64,000 bases of DNA from an uncultured Gammaproteobacteria bacterium (GTDB taxonomy: Bacteria; Patescibacteriota; Microgenomatia; UBA8517): NCBI GenBank assembly GCA_964599625.1, contig CAZRGC010000001.1, forward strand, positions 179,388-243,387, given 5' to 3'. Made by a program: the position numbers and the translations under genes. Below are positions 36,839-45,612 of the stretch, piece by piece. Below the pieces are notes generated by a model, which was not told the origin of the DNA, did no database searches, and saw only the letters and a list, made by a program, of their open reading frames with translations. Position 1 is the stretch's first letter. Each line of letters starts with the position of its first letter.

Positions 36839-38215
36839 ATGGCAGATTTGATGGAAAAAGTGGTGGCACTTGCAAAACGAAGAGGTTTTGTTTTTCCAAC
36901 ATCCGAAATTTACGGAGGATTGGCAAATTCCTACGATTACGGTCCTGCGGGTAGTGAGCTTCTCAGAAACATTAGAAACATTTGGTGGAAGAATTTTGTA
37001 AATGACCGGGAAGATATGGTAGGCCTTGATTCGCAGATACTTCTACATCCGGAAACTTGGGTTGCGTCCGGACATGTCGGCGGATTTTCTGACCCAATGG
37101 TTGAAGATTTGGTAACTCACAAAAGATACCGGGTGGATCATCTCATTGAACCCACTTTATCCAAAGATGATAAAGTGGTCGAAGACATGACCTTGGATGA
37201 AATGGCTGATTACATCAAGTTAAACAAGGTAAAAAGTCCGGACGGTAACGATTTGGGCGAGGTGAAACAGTTTAATTTACTTTTTGAGACTGGTATCGGA
37301 ACAGTTGGCGGAGACAAGTCTAAAGTATATTTGAGGGGGGAAACTGCACAGGGAATATTTACAGACTTCAAACAGGTTTTGGATTCTTCAAGGGTTAAAT
37401 TACCCTTTGGTGTGGGGCAAATCGGTAAGAGTTTCCGAAACGAAATCACAACGGGGCAATTTATATTTAGAACACTGGAGTTGGAACAGGCCGAGATTGA
37501 ATATTTCTTTGATCCTGAAACTACTGACTGGGAAAGAATTATGAATGAGTGGAAAGAGTCTATGATAAGTTTTGTTACCGAAACACTTGGTGTCAAAAAA
37601 GAAAACATACAATGGAGGAGGCATACCGACAAAGAACGCAGTTTTTATAGCAAAGACACTTATGATTTGGATTACAAATTCCCATTTGGTTGGAAGGAAT
37701 TATGGGGAATTGCCTACAGAACAGACTACGACCTAAAGCAGCACATGGAGCACTCCGGAATGAGTCTGGAATATACAGACCCTTCCACGGGACGCAAGTT
37801 TGTTCCGCATGTTATAGAACCTGCTGTAGGGGTAAACAGGATCTTTTTGATGCTTCTTTGTGATGCATATTCGGAAGAAGAAGGGCGTGTGGTTTTAAAA
37901 CTAAATCCAAGGGTTGCCCCATATAAAGTTGCCGTATTTCCGCTTCTTGCAAACAAACTTGAGTTGGTGGCAAAGGCAAGGGAAGTTTATTCGCAACTGA
38001 AGTCAGACCTTGTGGTTTTGTGGGACGACAGGGGCAATATCGGAAAAAGATATTTTGCTCAGGATGAACTCGGTACTCCGTGGTGTGTAACTGTTGACTT
38101 TGAAACACTTAATGACAGATCGGTAACAGTAAGAGATCGAGACACAATGAAACAGGAAAGAGTGGCCATTGACAAGTTGAACGATTATTTCCAAAATAAA
38201 CTTAAGAAAGTTTGA
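36839..38215 (+). CDS. glyQS: Glycine--tRNA ligase, homodimeric alpha2 type
   Basis: KRRGFVFP.SEIYGG, YLRGETAQGIF, QIGKSFRNEI, FIFRT.E.EQ.E.EYF, HVIEP..G..R, anticodon-binding domain. Confidence 0.97.
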   Translation: MADLMEKVVALAKRRGFVFPTSEIYGGLANSYDYGPAGSELLRNIRNIWWKNFVNDREDMVGLDSQILLHPETWVASGHVGGFSDPMVEDLVTHKRYRVDHLIEPTLSKDDKVVEDMTLDEMADYIKLNKVKSPDGNDLGEVKQFNLLFETGIGTVGGDKSKVYLRGETAQGIFTDFKQVLDSSRVKLPFGVGQIGKSFRNEITTGQFIFRTLELEQAEIEYFFDPETTDWERIMNEWKESMISFVTETLGVKKENIQWRRHTDKERSFYSKDTYDLDYKFPFGWKELWGIAYRTDYDLKQHMEHSGMSLEYTDPSTGRKFVPHVIEPAVGVNRIFLMLLCDAYSEEEGRVVLKLNPRVAPYKVAVFPLLANKLELVAKAREVYSQLKSDLVVLWDDRGNIGKRYFAQDELGTPWCVTVDFETLNDRSVTVRDRDTMKQERVAIDKLNDYFQNKLKKV

Positions 38216-38877
38216 TGAAAAAGAATCTAATGCTTCTGGTTGGTATTGCGGTACTCCTTGTTGTGGTAATTGGCGTTTTCGTAATGAAAAACAAAAAAGC
38301 GGAGCCTGTAGATGATGAATCGGACGAAGTTGTGGCCGACTTACCTCAGTCGCAATGGCCTGCAATGTCACTCGTTCCCACACAAGATCCTGCTGTACCC
38401 AAATCTCTGGGCCATTTTTTGGCGATGAAGGTACAAAAAATTAACGTACCAAAAGCAGAGACAATGGATTATTTGTTAGTGTATTCAACCAGTGATGGCG
38501 GACAGCAAGGTGTTCCTGGTTCCGTTAAATTAACGGGGGACACTGTTGAGAAAAAACTGCTTTTGGGTTCGGAATCTTCTGGCAAATTCAGATTCGATGC
38601 CGGGGTAAGCCAGGGGACTATCACACTAACCTTTCGGGATGGAAAAGGAAAATCGCTGGGAAGAATAGTTTCTGATTTTCATTTGCAGTCAGACACTCAA
38701 GAGCTTACTTCAGTAGATGGATCCGTAAAATATACATTGGATAAAACACCCAAAGGAACTTTCTTTGTTACAGTTAAAACATTCCTCGAACCCGCAGGAG
38801 TAGAGTCTGTCTACTGGCAGAACGGGTACGGAATTTATGCTTCCGATGACAAAGAATATCCTGGAAAGTCTTCATAA
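38215..38877 (+). CDS. Hypothetical membrane-anchored extracytoplasmic protein
   Basis: TGATG coupling with glyQS; N-terminal TM followed by a beta-rich domain. Confidence 0.75.
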   Translation: MKKNLMLLVGIAVLLVVVIGVFVMKNKKAEPVDDESDEVVADLPQSQWPAMSLVPTQDPAVPKSLGHFLAMKVQKINVPKAETMDYLLVYSTSDGGQQGVPGSVKLTGDTVEKKLLLGSESSGKFRFDAGVSQGTITLTFRDGKGKSLGRIVSDFHLQSDTQELTSVDGSVKYTLDKTPKGTFFVTVKTFLEPAGVESVYWQNGYGIYASDDKEYPGKSS

Positions 38878-38886
38878 TTTTTCCAC

Positions 38887-38930
38887 AAAAAAGCCATCAT
38901 TCTTAGTTTTTCAACCAGTGTATGATGGCT
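38887..38930 (-). terminator. Possible terminator between convergent genes
   Basis: 9-bp inverted repeat AGCCATCAT (38892-38900) / ATGATGGCT (38922-38930), flanked by A6 (U-tract on the minus strand); the 21-nt loop is long. Confidence 0.3.
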
Positions 38931-39303
38931 ATTCATTTCTTATCCAAGTCAGGTCCAAAAGAAGACCGATTCCCGCTCCGATAAAGTAAGCAATAAAATC
39001 TCCGGGAAAGTCGAATGTACCTGTTAGAAAGAATATGTTATGGATTTGGAATAGTTGTAAAAACTCAAAGAACACACCGATTCCAAAGGCAATACCAAAG
39101 ATACTGAATGGGTTTGGAGACTCAAAAAGCATTTGAGCAACAAGTTCAATAAAGATAAACGCTGCAAACGCGTATCTTATGTCGTTGCCCCAACTGTCCA
39201 TGAATCTTCCAGCTTCGCCATGAAGATTTTTTGTAAGTATCATGACGACTGCGCCCAGTATCGTTAGAAACAAAAGACGCAGGAGTATTTTGACTTTTAA
39301 GAT
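38929..39303 (-). CDS. Small membrane protein, DUF2809/YjgA-like
   Basis: 4 TM segments, EFLQL...GTFD..D.IAY.IG; start uncertain (ATC 39303 after a strong SD, or TTG 39273). Confidence 0.6.
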   Translation of the reverse strand: MLKVKILLRLLFLTILGAVVMILTKNLHGEAGRFMDSWGNDIRYAFAAFIFIELVAQMLFESPNPFSIFGIAFGIGVFFEFLQLFQIHNIFFLTGTFDFPGDFIAYFIGAGIGLLLDLTWIRNE

Positions 39304-39390
39304 GCTACACCTCCTAATTGGTGTACGTGGCTATTGTAACATACTATAAGATAAAAATCAAGTTTTGCCCAAGCTCTTGTGAAGGAACCC

Positions 39391-39419
39391 TTGACAAGTT
39401 TGTGAAAACAATAGAGAAT
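39391..39419 (+). promoter_or_regulatory. Sigma70 promoter of the mraZ/dcw operon
   Basis: TTGACA (39391-39396), 17-bp spacer, GAGAAT (39414-39419). Confidence 0.7.
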
Positions 39420-39442
39420 GGTTAACAATGGTGAGAAATGGT
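39417..39442 (+). promoter_or_regulatory. Putative MraZ operator: three AATGGT direct repeats at an exact 10-bp period
   Basis: AATGGT at 39417, 39427 and 39437; TGG-containing repeats at 10-bp period upstream of mraZ are the known MraZ-binding architecture. Confidence 0.75.
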
Positions 39443-39504
39443 GAAAACCATTTCACACTGAATCAAAATTATTATGAACCTGCCCAGTTCTGTAAATTGT
39501 CACT

Positions 39505-39945
39505 ATGCTTCTTGGAACATATCCAGCGAAAATTGTTGCTGGCAGACGCGCCGCAGTTCCTTCATTGATACGCAAAGAACTTGGACAAAAGTATATCTTG
39601 GCCAGGTGGTATGAAGGTTGTTTGGTGCTCATTGATATAAAAAGCTGGCTTGCAATGTACAAAAGATTGGTTGGAGACACTAAGGTTATTGTCTCGCCAA
39701 TTAGGGATACAGAAAGATTTATCTTGGGATCGGCCTTTGAAGTTGTTCCAGACGAACAGGGCCGAATAGTAATTCCGGAAAGGCTGTTGGAATATTCGGA
39801 AATTAACGAAGACATTTATTTTATAGGTCTGGGGGACAGGGTTGAGATTTGGGACAAGCAAAAATGGGAACAGCGGGAAGCAGGGGTTGTCGCTAACTCT
39901 GCTGATTTTATCGAAGAGTTGGCGGGAAAAAATAGAAGCAAATGA
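39505..39945 (+). CDS. mraZ: Transcriptional regulator MraZ
   Basis: MLLGTY, two SpoVT/AbrB-like repeats, D.QGRIVIP, G.GDRVEIWD; first gene of dcw. Confidence 0.93.
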   Translation: MLLGTYPAKIVAGRRAAVPSLIRKELGQKYILARWYEGCLVLIDIKSWLAMYKRLVGDTKVIVSPIRDTERFILGSAFEVVPDEQGRIVIPERLLEYSEINEDIYFIGLGDRVEIWDKQKWEQREAGVVANSADFIEELAGKNRSK

Positions 39946-40814
39946 ATAATTATCACGAAACAGTATTACCCGATGAAGCAGTTGAAGCTCTGAATGTAAA
40001 ACCAGGAGGGCTTTATGTAGACGGTACATTGGGAAACGGCGGTCACTCAGAAAAAATATTAGAGATGGGTGGACGTGTTATTGGGATCGACCTTGATCCA
40101 AAAATGATTGAGATTTCAGTAAAAAGATTGGCAAAGTATGGGGGAAAATTTATTCCCGTAAACGGTAATTTCAAAGATATTGATCAGATTGTTCTTTCAA
40201 AAAAAATTGAGTATGTCGACGGAGTTCTTTTGGACTTGGGTGTAACAAACATTCATCTTAAAGATTTAGAAAGAGGTTTTTCGTTTGGCAATCCTGATGC
40301 GGATTTGGATATGAGACTTAATAGAGAAATGCAAGGCGTAAAAGCCGCAGATCTATTAAATGTATTAAGGGAAGATCAGCTTAGAGATCTTTTTGAGATA
40401 ACACTCGATCCGGGTCCTGCGAAATGGCTTACGGGGCGAGTTCTTTTTTCAAGATCCCAAAAACCAATCAAGACAGTCGGAGACGCTCTTGAAATATGTG
40501 AGGGATTAAAAGTGGGTAAGTACGGCCTTAACGAAGCAACTCTGCCGTTTTTGGCGCTTAGGATCGCGGTTAACAGTGAACTTGATAATTTGAAAGAAGT
40601 TTTGCCGAAAATATTAAACATTTTGTCGACAGGAGGAAGAATGGCTGTAATAAGTTTCCATTCAAAAGAAGATTCGATTGTAAAAGATTTTTTTAAAGAG
40701 TCACTGAGTATTGGGTCGCAGATTACTTATAAGCCAATATTGGCAACTGAGGCCGAGCAGATTTCTAATAGAAGATCGAGAAGTGCCAAGCTTAGAGTTT
40801 TTGAGAAGAAATGA
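39942..40814 (+). CDS. rsmH: 16S rRNA m4C1402 methyltransferase
   Basis: HETVL, DGTLGNGGHS, DLGV, RGFSF, LDMR, ALRIAVNSEL, ISFHS.ED, RSRSAKLR. Confidence 0.97.
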   Translation: MNNYHETVLPDEAVEALNVKPGGLYVDGTLGNGGHSEKILEMGGRVIGIDLDPKMIEISVKRLAKYGGKFIPVNGNFKDIDQIVLSKKIEYVDGVLLDLGVTNIHLKDLERGFSFGNPDADLDMRLNREMQGVKAADLLNVLREDQLRDLFEITLDPGPAKWLTGRVLFSRSQKPIKTVGDALEICEGLKVGKYGLNEATLPFLALRIAVNSELDNLKEVLPKILNILSTGGRMAVISFHSKEDSIVKDFFKESLSIGSQITYKPILATEAEQISNRRSRSAKLRVFEKK

Positions 40815-41098
40815 AAATGAAAAAGAATTTTAAAAATTACTTATTATTTGGAATGTTGGGTCTTTTGGCCCTGTCGTCTATATTCCTTACAATAGAGACA
40901 GCGACCACTGGGCTAGAAATTTCTAAGATGGAAAAATCTGAAAAAGATCTGGCAAGACAAAAATCAGAACTCGAACAAACACTTGTTCGGACACTCTCAA
41001 TGGGCGAGCTTCAGGAGAAAAGTTCCGGAATGGGCTTTACCAAACCTTCAAACTTGGTTTATATTACGCCTACGGAGAATGTTGCCAAGCTTCCCTAA
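40811..41098 (+). CDS. ftsL: FtsL-like cell division protein
   Basis: Short TM plus coiled coil plus GF motif, located between rsmH and ftsI. Confidence 0.65.
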   Translation: MKMKKNFKNYLLFGMLGLLALSSIFLTIETATTGLEISKMEKSEKDLARQKSELEQTLVRTLSMGELQEKSSGMGFTKPSNLVYITPTENVAKLP

Positions 41099-41107
41099 AT
41101 ATTTAGT

Positions 41108-42814
41108 ATGAGCGGTAAAATCAGATTTCTTACTTTTGTATTCATATTTCTTTTTGCAGGCGCTTTTTTGAGGTTGTTTTACTGGCAGGTAATTAAAGGC
41201 TCAGAACTTTCGCAGGATGCAAGAGGACAATATACCTCTTCAACAATTACTCAGGCACCCAGAGGGAATATTTTGGCCAATGATGGAAGTTTTTGGGTGC
41301 TTAGGACAGATGTTTGGACAGTCTATGCAGATTCCAAAAAGATCAAAGAAACACCCAGGCTGATATCCGAAAAAATCGCTCCGCTTTTTGTTGAAACAGA
41401 TTCGAAAGCGGATCTATTGGCTGAGTCACAGCGCATCGAAAGTCTATTAAGTAAAAATAGCTCATATATTGTTATCAAAAACAGGGTAAATTCAGATATA
41501 AAAAAGAGCCTTGAAGGTCTAAAGATTGCCGGAATAAATTTTGATGTCAACGAATCACGTTTTTACCCGGAGGCATCTTCTGCAGCCCAAATACTTGGTT
41601 TTGTCGGCAAGAACGACATTGGCGAAAGTGTTGGATACTTTGGTTTGGAGGGATATTACAATCTTTCTTTAAGCGGTAAATCAGGTCTAACAAAAAGACA
41701 AAAAGATGCGCAGGGATCCACAATAATTGTGGATCAAAGTAAAAATATTACTGCAATTTCTGGAGTAGACCTTGTTACAAGCATAGATAAAAGAATTCAG
41801 ATTTTGATCGAAAGCAAACTAAAAGAAGGTATCGAAAAATACGGAGCTTCCCGCGGCAATATAACTGTCATGAACCCAAACACTGGTGAAATATTGGCTA
41901 TGGCCAGTAGTCCCACTTTTGACCCGGGTTCGTATTGGGAATATGGGGACTCTGTTTTCAGGAACCCTGTTATTTCCGACACATTTGAACCGGGAAGTAT
42001 TATGAAAGTAGTTGTGATGGCATCAGGTCTAGATGCAGAAGTTGTTAAACCCGATACTCCCTGTGACATTTGCGGCCAACCGCTAAAACTTGATAAATAT
42101 TTAATCAAAACCTGGAACAATGAATACCATAATGATATATCCATGACAGACGTTATTGTTCATTCGGACAATGTTGGAATGAGTTTTGTTGGCCAAAAGC
42201 TAGGAGCGGACAGACTGTATGATTATTTGGACAAGTTTGGTTTTGGTAAGCCGACTGGTGTGGATTTACAAGGTGAAGTTGCATCTCCTATGAGGCAAAA
42301 GGGAACGTGGAGCATTGTTGATACAGCTACAGCATCCTTTGGTCAAGGAATTGCAGTAACAGGAATGCAGATGATCAAGGCCGTGTCTGCAATTGCCAAT
42401 GGCGGTTATTTGGTAACACCCAGGATTGTCAGTAAAATTCAATCAGAGGACTGGACTGACAGCTTAAGTGGAGGTCGGCCAAAAAGGATAATTAGTCAGG
42501 ACGCAGCCAGGAGTATTACAGAAATGATGGTTAAAGCTGTAGATAACGGTGAGGCCAAGTGGACAAGAACGCCGGGTTACCAAATTGCAGGAAAAACAGG
42601 AACTGCCCAAATTGCCGTTGAAGGCCACTATGATACCGTCAACACAAACCACTCGTTTATTGGTTTTGCGCCTGCTTCAAAACCTGAATTTATAATGCTG
42701 GTTACTCTGAAAACTCCGCAATCTTCGCCGTGGGCCTCTGAAACCGCAGCGCCATTGTGGTTCTCGGTGGCAAAAGATATCTTTCCGTATTTGGGAATCG
42801 CACCATCAGAATGA
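41108..42814 (+). CDS. ftsI: Class B penicillin-binding protein (FtsI-like)
   Basis: RGNI, RFYP, GLEG, SxxK (PGSIMK), SDN, KTG motifs. Confidence 0.92.
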   Translation: MSGKIRFLTFVFIFLFAGAFLRLFYWQVIKGSELSQDARGQYTSSTITQAPRGNILANDGSFWVLRTDVWTVYADSKKIKETPRLISEKIAPLFVETDSKADLLAESQRIESLLSKNSSYIVIKNRVNSDIKKSLEGLKIAGINFDVNESRFYPEASSAAQILGFVGKNDIGESVGYFGLEGYYNLSLSGKSGLTKRQKDAQGSTIIVDQSKNITAISGVDLVTSIDKRIQILIESKLKEGIEKYGASRGNITVMNPNTGEILAMASSPTFDPGSYWEYGDSVFRNPVISDTFEPGSIMKVVVMASGLDAEVVKPDTPCDICGQPLKLDKYLIKTWNNEYHNDISMTDVIVHSDNVGMSFVGQKLGADRLYDYLDKFGFGKPTGVDLQGEVASPMRQKGTWSIVDTATASFGQGIAVTGMQMIKAVSAIANGGYLVTPRIVSKIQSEDWTDSLSGGRPKRIISQDAARSITEMMVKAVDNGEAKWTRTPGYQIAGKTGTAQIAVEGHYDTVNTNHSFIGFAPASKPEFIMLVTLKTPQSSPWASETAAPLWFSVAKDIFPYLGIAPSE

Positions 42815-42829
42815 TACAATACTAACGTT

Positions 42830-44086
42830 ATGACTAAGTTTCTCGTGACCGGTGGGAGAAAACTGGAAGGTGAAGTCAGCCTTTCGGGAAACAAAAACGC
42901 GGCACTCAAGCTGATACCTGCAGCGCTTGTTGCAGATACAAAATCTACATTTACAAATGTGCCGGACATTTCAGATGTTTCGGTAATGGTGGACCTCATC
43001 AGGAAACTGGGTGTAACAATTGAATATTCCGACCACACACTTACAATTGACCCCTCTACAATTACTTCTTATGATTTGGACCCAGATTTATCATCTAAAT
43101 TCAGAGCATCTGTTGTTTTGGCTGCACCACTTTTGGTTAAGTTTGGTAAGGCCATAGTCACCCCGCCGGGTGGCGACCAGATCGGTGACAGACTTTTGGA
43201 TACACATTTTTCAATGATGCAAAAAATGGGTGTCGCTATGCAAAGGAAAGACGGAAGATTCTTCTTGGAGTGGAAAGAAAGGAAAGCAACTTCAATTTTT
43301 CTTGAAGAGGCGTCTGTTACGGCAACAGAAATGGGTCTAATGATGGCCTCCTCACTGGAAAACGAAACCATAATTGATGATGCAGCCACAGAACCGCACG
43401 TAATCGAACTCTCAAACTATTTGAACAAAATGGGTGCAAATATTTCTGGGGGAGGTACAAACAGAATCAGAATCTCCGGAGGAAAACTTAGAGGTGCAGA
43501 ACACCGTGTGGGTGCAGACCACATTGAAGGCGGAACTTTCGCGATTGCGTCTGCCATAACCGGAGGGACTATAAAAATAAACGACTTCGAGCCGGACAGT
43601 TATCACATGATTCTTAAATATCTTGGAGACATGGGGATAAATTACCGTACCGAGAAAAACTCACTGGTTGTTTTGCCTTCAAAACTAAAGTCCAACAGGA
43701 GAAAGTTTCAAACAAGGCCTTGGCCGGGATTTCCAACTGATCTTATGAGCCCTTTTATTGTTTTGGCAACTCAAACCGAGGGTACCGTGCTTTGTCATGA
43801 TTGGATGTACGAATGGAGAATGTTTTTTGTTGACGACCTTATCTCAATGGGTGCAAATATTTTTATTGCTGACCCACATCGGGTTATTGTGAGCGGACCA
43901 ACCAGGCTCATGAGCGACAGACTGTTTTGTAAAGATATAAGGGCTGGTATATCTGTTGTCTTGGCAGCGATGGTTGCTGACGGTAGAAGTACTATTGAAA
44001 ACGTAGAAGTGGTTCAGCGAGGTTACGAAAACATAGATCAAAGATTTCGCGCTCTTGGCGCCGAAATAGTCAAAAAGGACGAATGA
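42830..44086 (+). CDS. murA: UDP-GlcNAc 1-carboxyvinyltransferase (Asp-type)
   Basis: GNKNAAL, FRAS, PGGDQIG, SVTATE, EPHV, PGFPTD, DIRAG, RGYE. Confidence 0.96.
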   Translation: MTKFLVTGGRKLEGEVSLSGNKNAALKLIPAALVADTKSTFTNVPDISDVSVMVDLIRKLGVTIEYSDHTLTIDPSTITSYDLDPDLSSKFRASVVLAAPLLVKFGKAIVTPPGGDQIGDRLLDTHFSMMQKMGVAMQRKDGRFFLEWKERKATSIFLEEASVTATEMGLMMASSLENETIIDDAATEPHVIELSNYLNKMGANISGGGTNRIRISGGKLRGAEHRVGADHIEGGTFAIASAITGGTIKINDFEPDSYHMILKYLGDMGINYRTEKNSLVVLPSKLKSNRRKFQTRPWPGFPTDLMSPFIVLATQTEGTVLCHDWMYEWRMFFVDDLISMGANIFIADPHRVIVSGPTRLMSDRLFCKDIRAGISVVLAAMVADGRSTIENVEVVQRGYENIDQRFRALGAEIVKKDE

Positions 44087-45090
44087 CAAAATACAAACAC
44101 AACCAGAAAGTTGTCACTTTTGGTGGTAAAACAGGACACTTCCAACTTTTGAACGGTCTAAAAAAAATCAACGATCCCTCTAAAATAACTGCAGTAGTGG
44201 GGACGTGGGATAGCGGAGGTAGTAGTGGTGTATTGCGAAGCGAACTTGGTGTTTTACCCCCAGGTGATATAAGAGCGTGTCTTTTGGCGCTTATGGAAGA
44301 CGATGAACAGCAAAAGGTGGCGCAAAGGTTGTTTGATGACAGACTGCAAGAAGCAACTGGGCCACTTAAGGGTCATTCTTTGGGAAACTTAATTGGTGTG
44401 CGGCTGGATCACATCTTTCATGGTCAAGACAGGGGAACCGATGCAGAACGTGCTCTGTTTAGAATCCGAGGTGAAGTTTTACCAGCTACAATGACCGACT
44501 TGAATTTGGTAGGGGTTACCAAAAGGGGAATAGAAATTGACGGTGAAACCAATATCGACAACCGGAGTCAGCGCCAAGACTTCAACCCGGAAGACCGGAT
44601 TATGCGAATATATTTCGGAACACATGCCGAAAGTAATCCGCGTGTTCTTGCGGCTATAAAAAATGCGGATAAAATAGTTTTTGCTCCCGGAGATCTTTAT
44701 ACAAGCGTCCTCCCTCATTTGTTGATTGATGGTGTCGCAGAAGCAATACAGAAATCAAAAGCTAAGGTTTATTTTGTTTTAAATTTAACCACCAAAAAGG
44801 GAGAGACTGATTACTTTAAAGCGTCTGATTATGTTAAAGCCTTGGTTTATTATTTGGGAGACAGCGGAAGGTTGAATTACGTTGTGGCAGATAAGGGGGG
44901 TCTTAATGCTGATATTGTTTCGGTATACAAAAAAGCAGGTCAGGAAGTGGTTAAAATAGATGAAGATAACTGTTTGAGCGTCGCGCCAAATGCCAAGATT
45001 GTCAAAGAAAAACTTGGGGAATATTTGAAAAAAGCACACTTACTTAGGCACAATTCGGAAAAACTTGCGGCTGCAATAGTGGATAATTAG
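44083..45090 (+). CDS. yvcK: YvcK/GlmR (CofD-like) UDP-GlcNAc-binding protein
   Basis: GGKTG, DSGGSSG.LR..LG.LPPGDIR, GHSLGNL, PG.LYTSVLP, RH. Confidence 0.9.
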   Translation: MTKYKHNQKVVTFGGKTGHFQLLNGLKKINDPSKITAVVGTWDSGGSSGVLRSELGVLPPGDIRACLLALMEDDEQQKVAQRLFDDRLQEATGPLKGHSLGNLIGVRLDHIFHGQDRGTDAERALFRIRGEVLPATMTDLNLVGVTKRGIEIDGETNIDNRSQRQDFNPEDRIMRIYFGTHAESNPRVLAAIKNADKIVFAPGDLYTSVLPHLLIDGVAEAIQKSKAKVYFVLNLTTKKGETDYFKASDYVKALVYYLGDSGRLNYVVADKGGLNADIVSVYKKAGQEVVKIDEDNCLSVAPNAKIVKEKLGEYLKKAHLLRHNSEKLAAAIVDN

Positions 45091-45098
45091 AATTAAAC

Positions 45099-45593
45099 TT
45101 ACAACTTTTTTCTCATATACAAAACCCCATCTGTTTGTTTTTTAGCCTTAAACCCTAGGATTTTGTAGACTTTTTTGGCAACCATGTTTTTTGAATTTAC
45201 AGACAACCAAATGCCTGGAGATTCTGCTTCTCTAAAGCGTGTGGTTGTGGTAAATGATTTTATGGCTTCACTCAAAAATATTTTCGAGTATCCTTTCCCC
45301 CTCCCTGATTTATAGATCCTTATTGCCACGGAAAACCTGTAGTCAGGAAATTCGGGCGTAGTTTTTTCCGAAAACCAGGCTATGCCCAACAAATTATCCG
45401 ATTTGTCTGTAAGGGTGTAAATAATTTTATTTTTTTGCCACCTCTTGAAAGTGGTCTTATTTTTAAAACGTACGGTGTCTCTGGTGAACTTTTTAATCAA
45501 AAGATCTGACTTTGATTCTTGAATTAAGTAGGCAATTTGATTATCAGTTATACCCGGTTTGAATATGGTTTCGGGGTCGTTTTGGGCTTGCAT
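45099..45593 (-). CDS. GNAT-family N-acetyltransferase
   Basis: Acetyl-CoA motif A RGKGYS, IWLSV...N..A.KVY..LGF. Confidence 0.82.
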   Translation of the reverse strand: MQAQNDPETIFKPGITDNQIAYLIQESKSDLLIKKFTRDTVRFKNKTTFKRWQKNKIIYTLTDKSDNLLGIAWFSEKTTPEFPDYRFSVAIRIYKSGRGKGYSKIFLSEAIKSFTTTTRFREAESPGIWLSVNSKNMVAKKVYKILGFKAKKQTDGVLYMRKKL

Positions 45594-45594
45594 T

Positions 45595-45609
45595 TGCTAT
45601 AATATAGCA
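45595..45609. promoter_or_regulatory. Palindromic bidirectional extended -10 promoter
   Basis: TGCTATA-A-TATAGCA perfect 7-1-7 palindrome; reads TGc-TATAAT on + and TGc-TATATT on -. Confidence 0.75.
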
Positions 45610-45612
45610 CGA

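Noticed and set aside
45559-45612. Longest-ORF starts for murE (45559), GT4s (15966, 25206), murB (48865) and LCP (36826)
   Set aside because: They overlap neighbouring genes or promoters; downstream ATGs fit family N-termini and coupling or promoter geometry better
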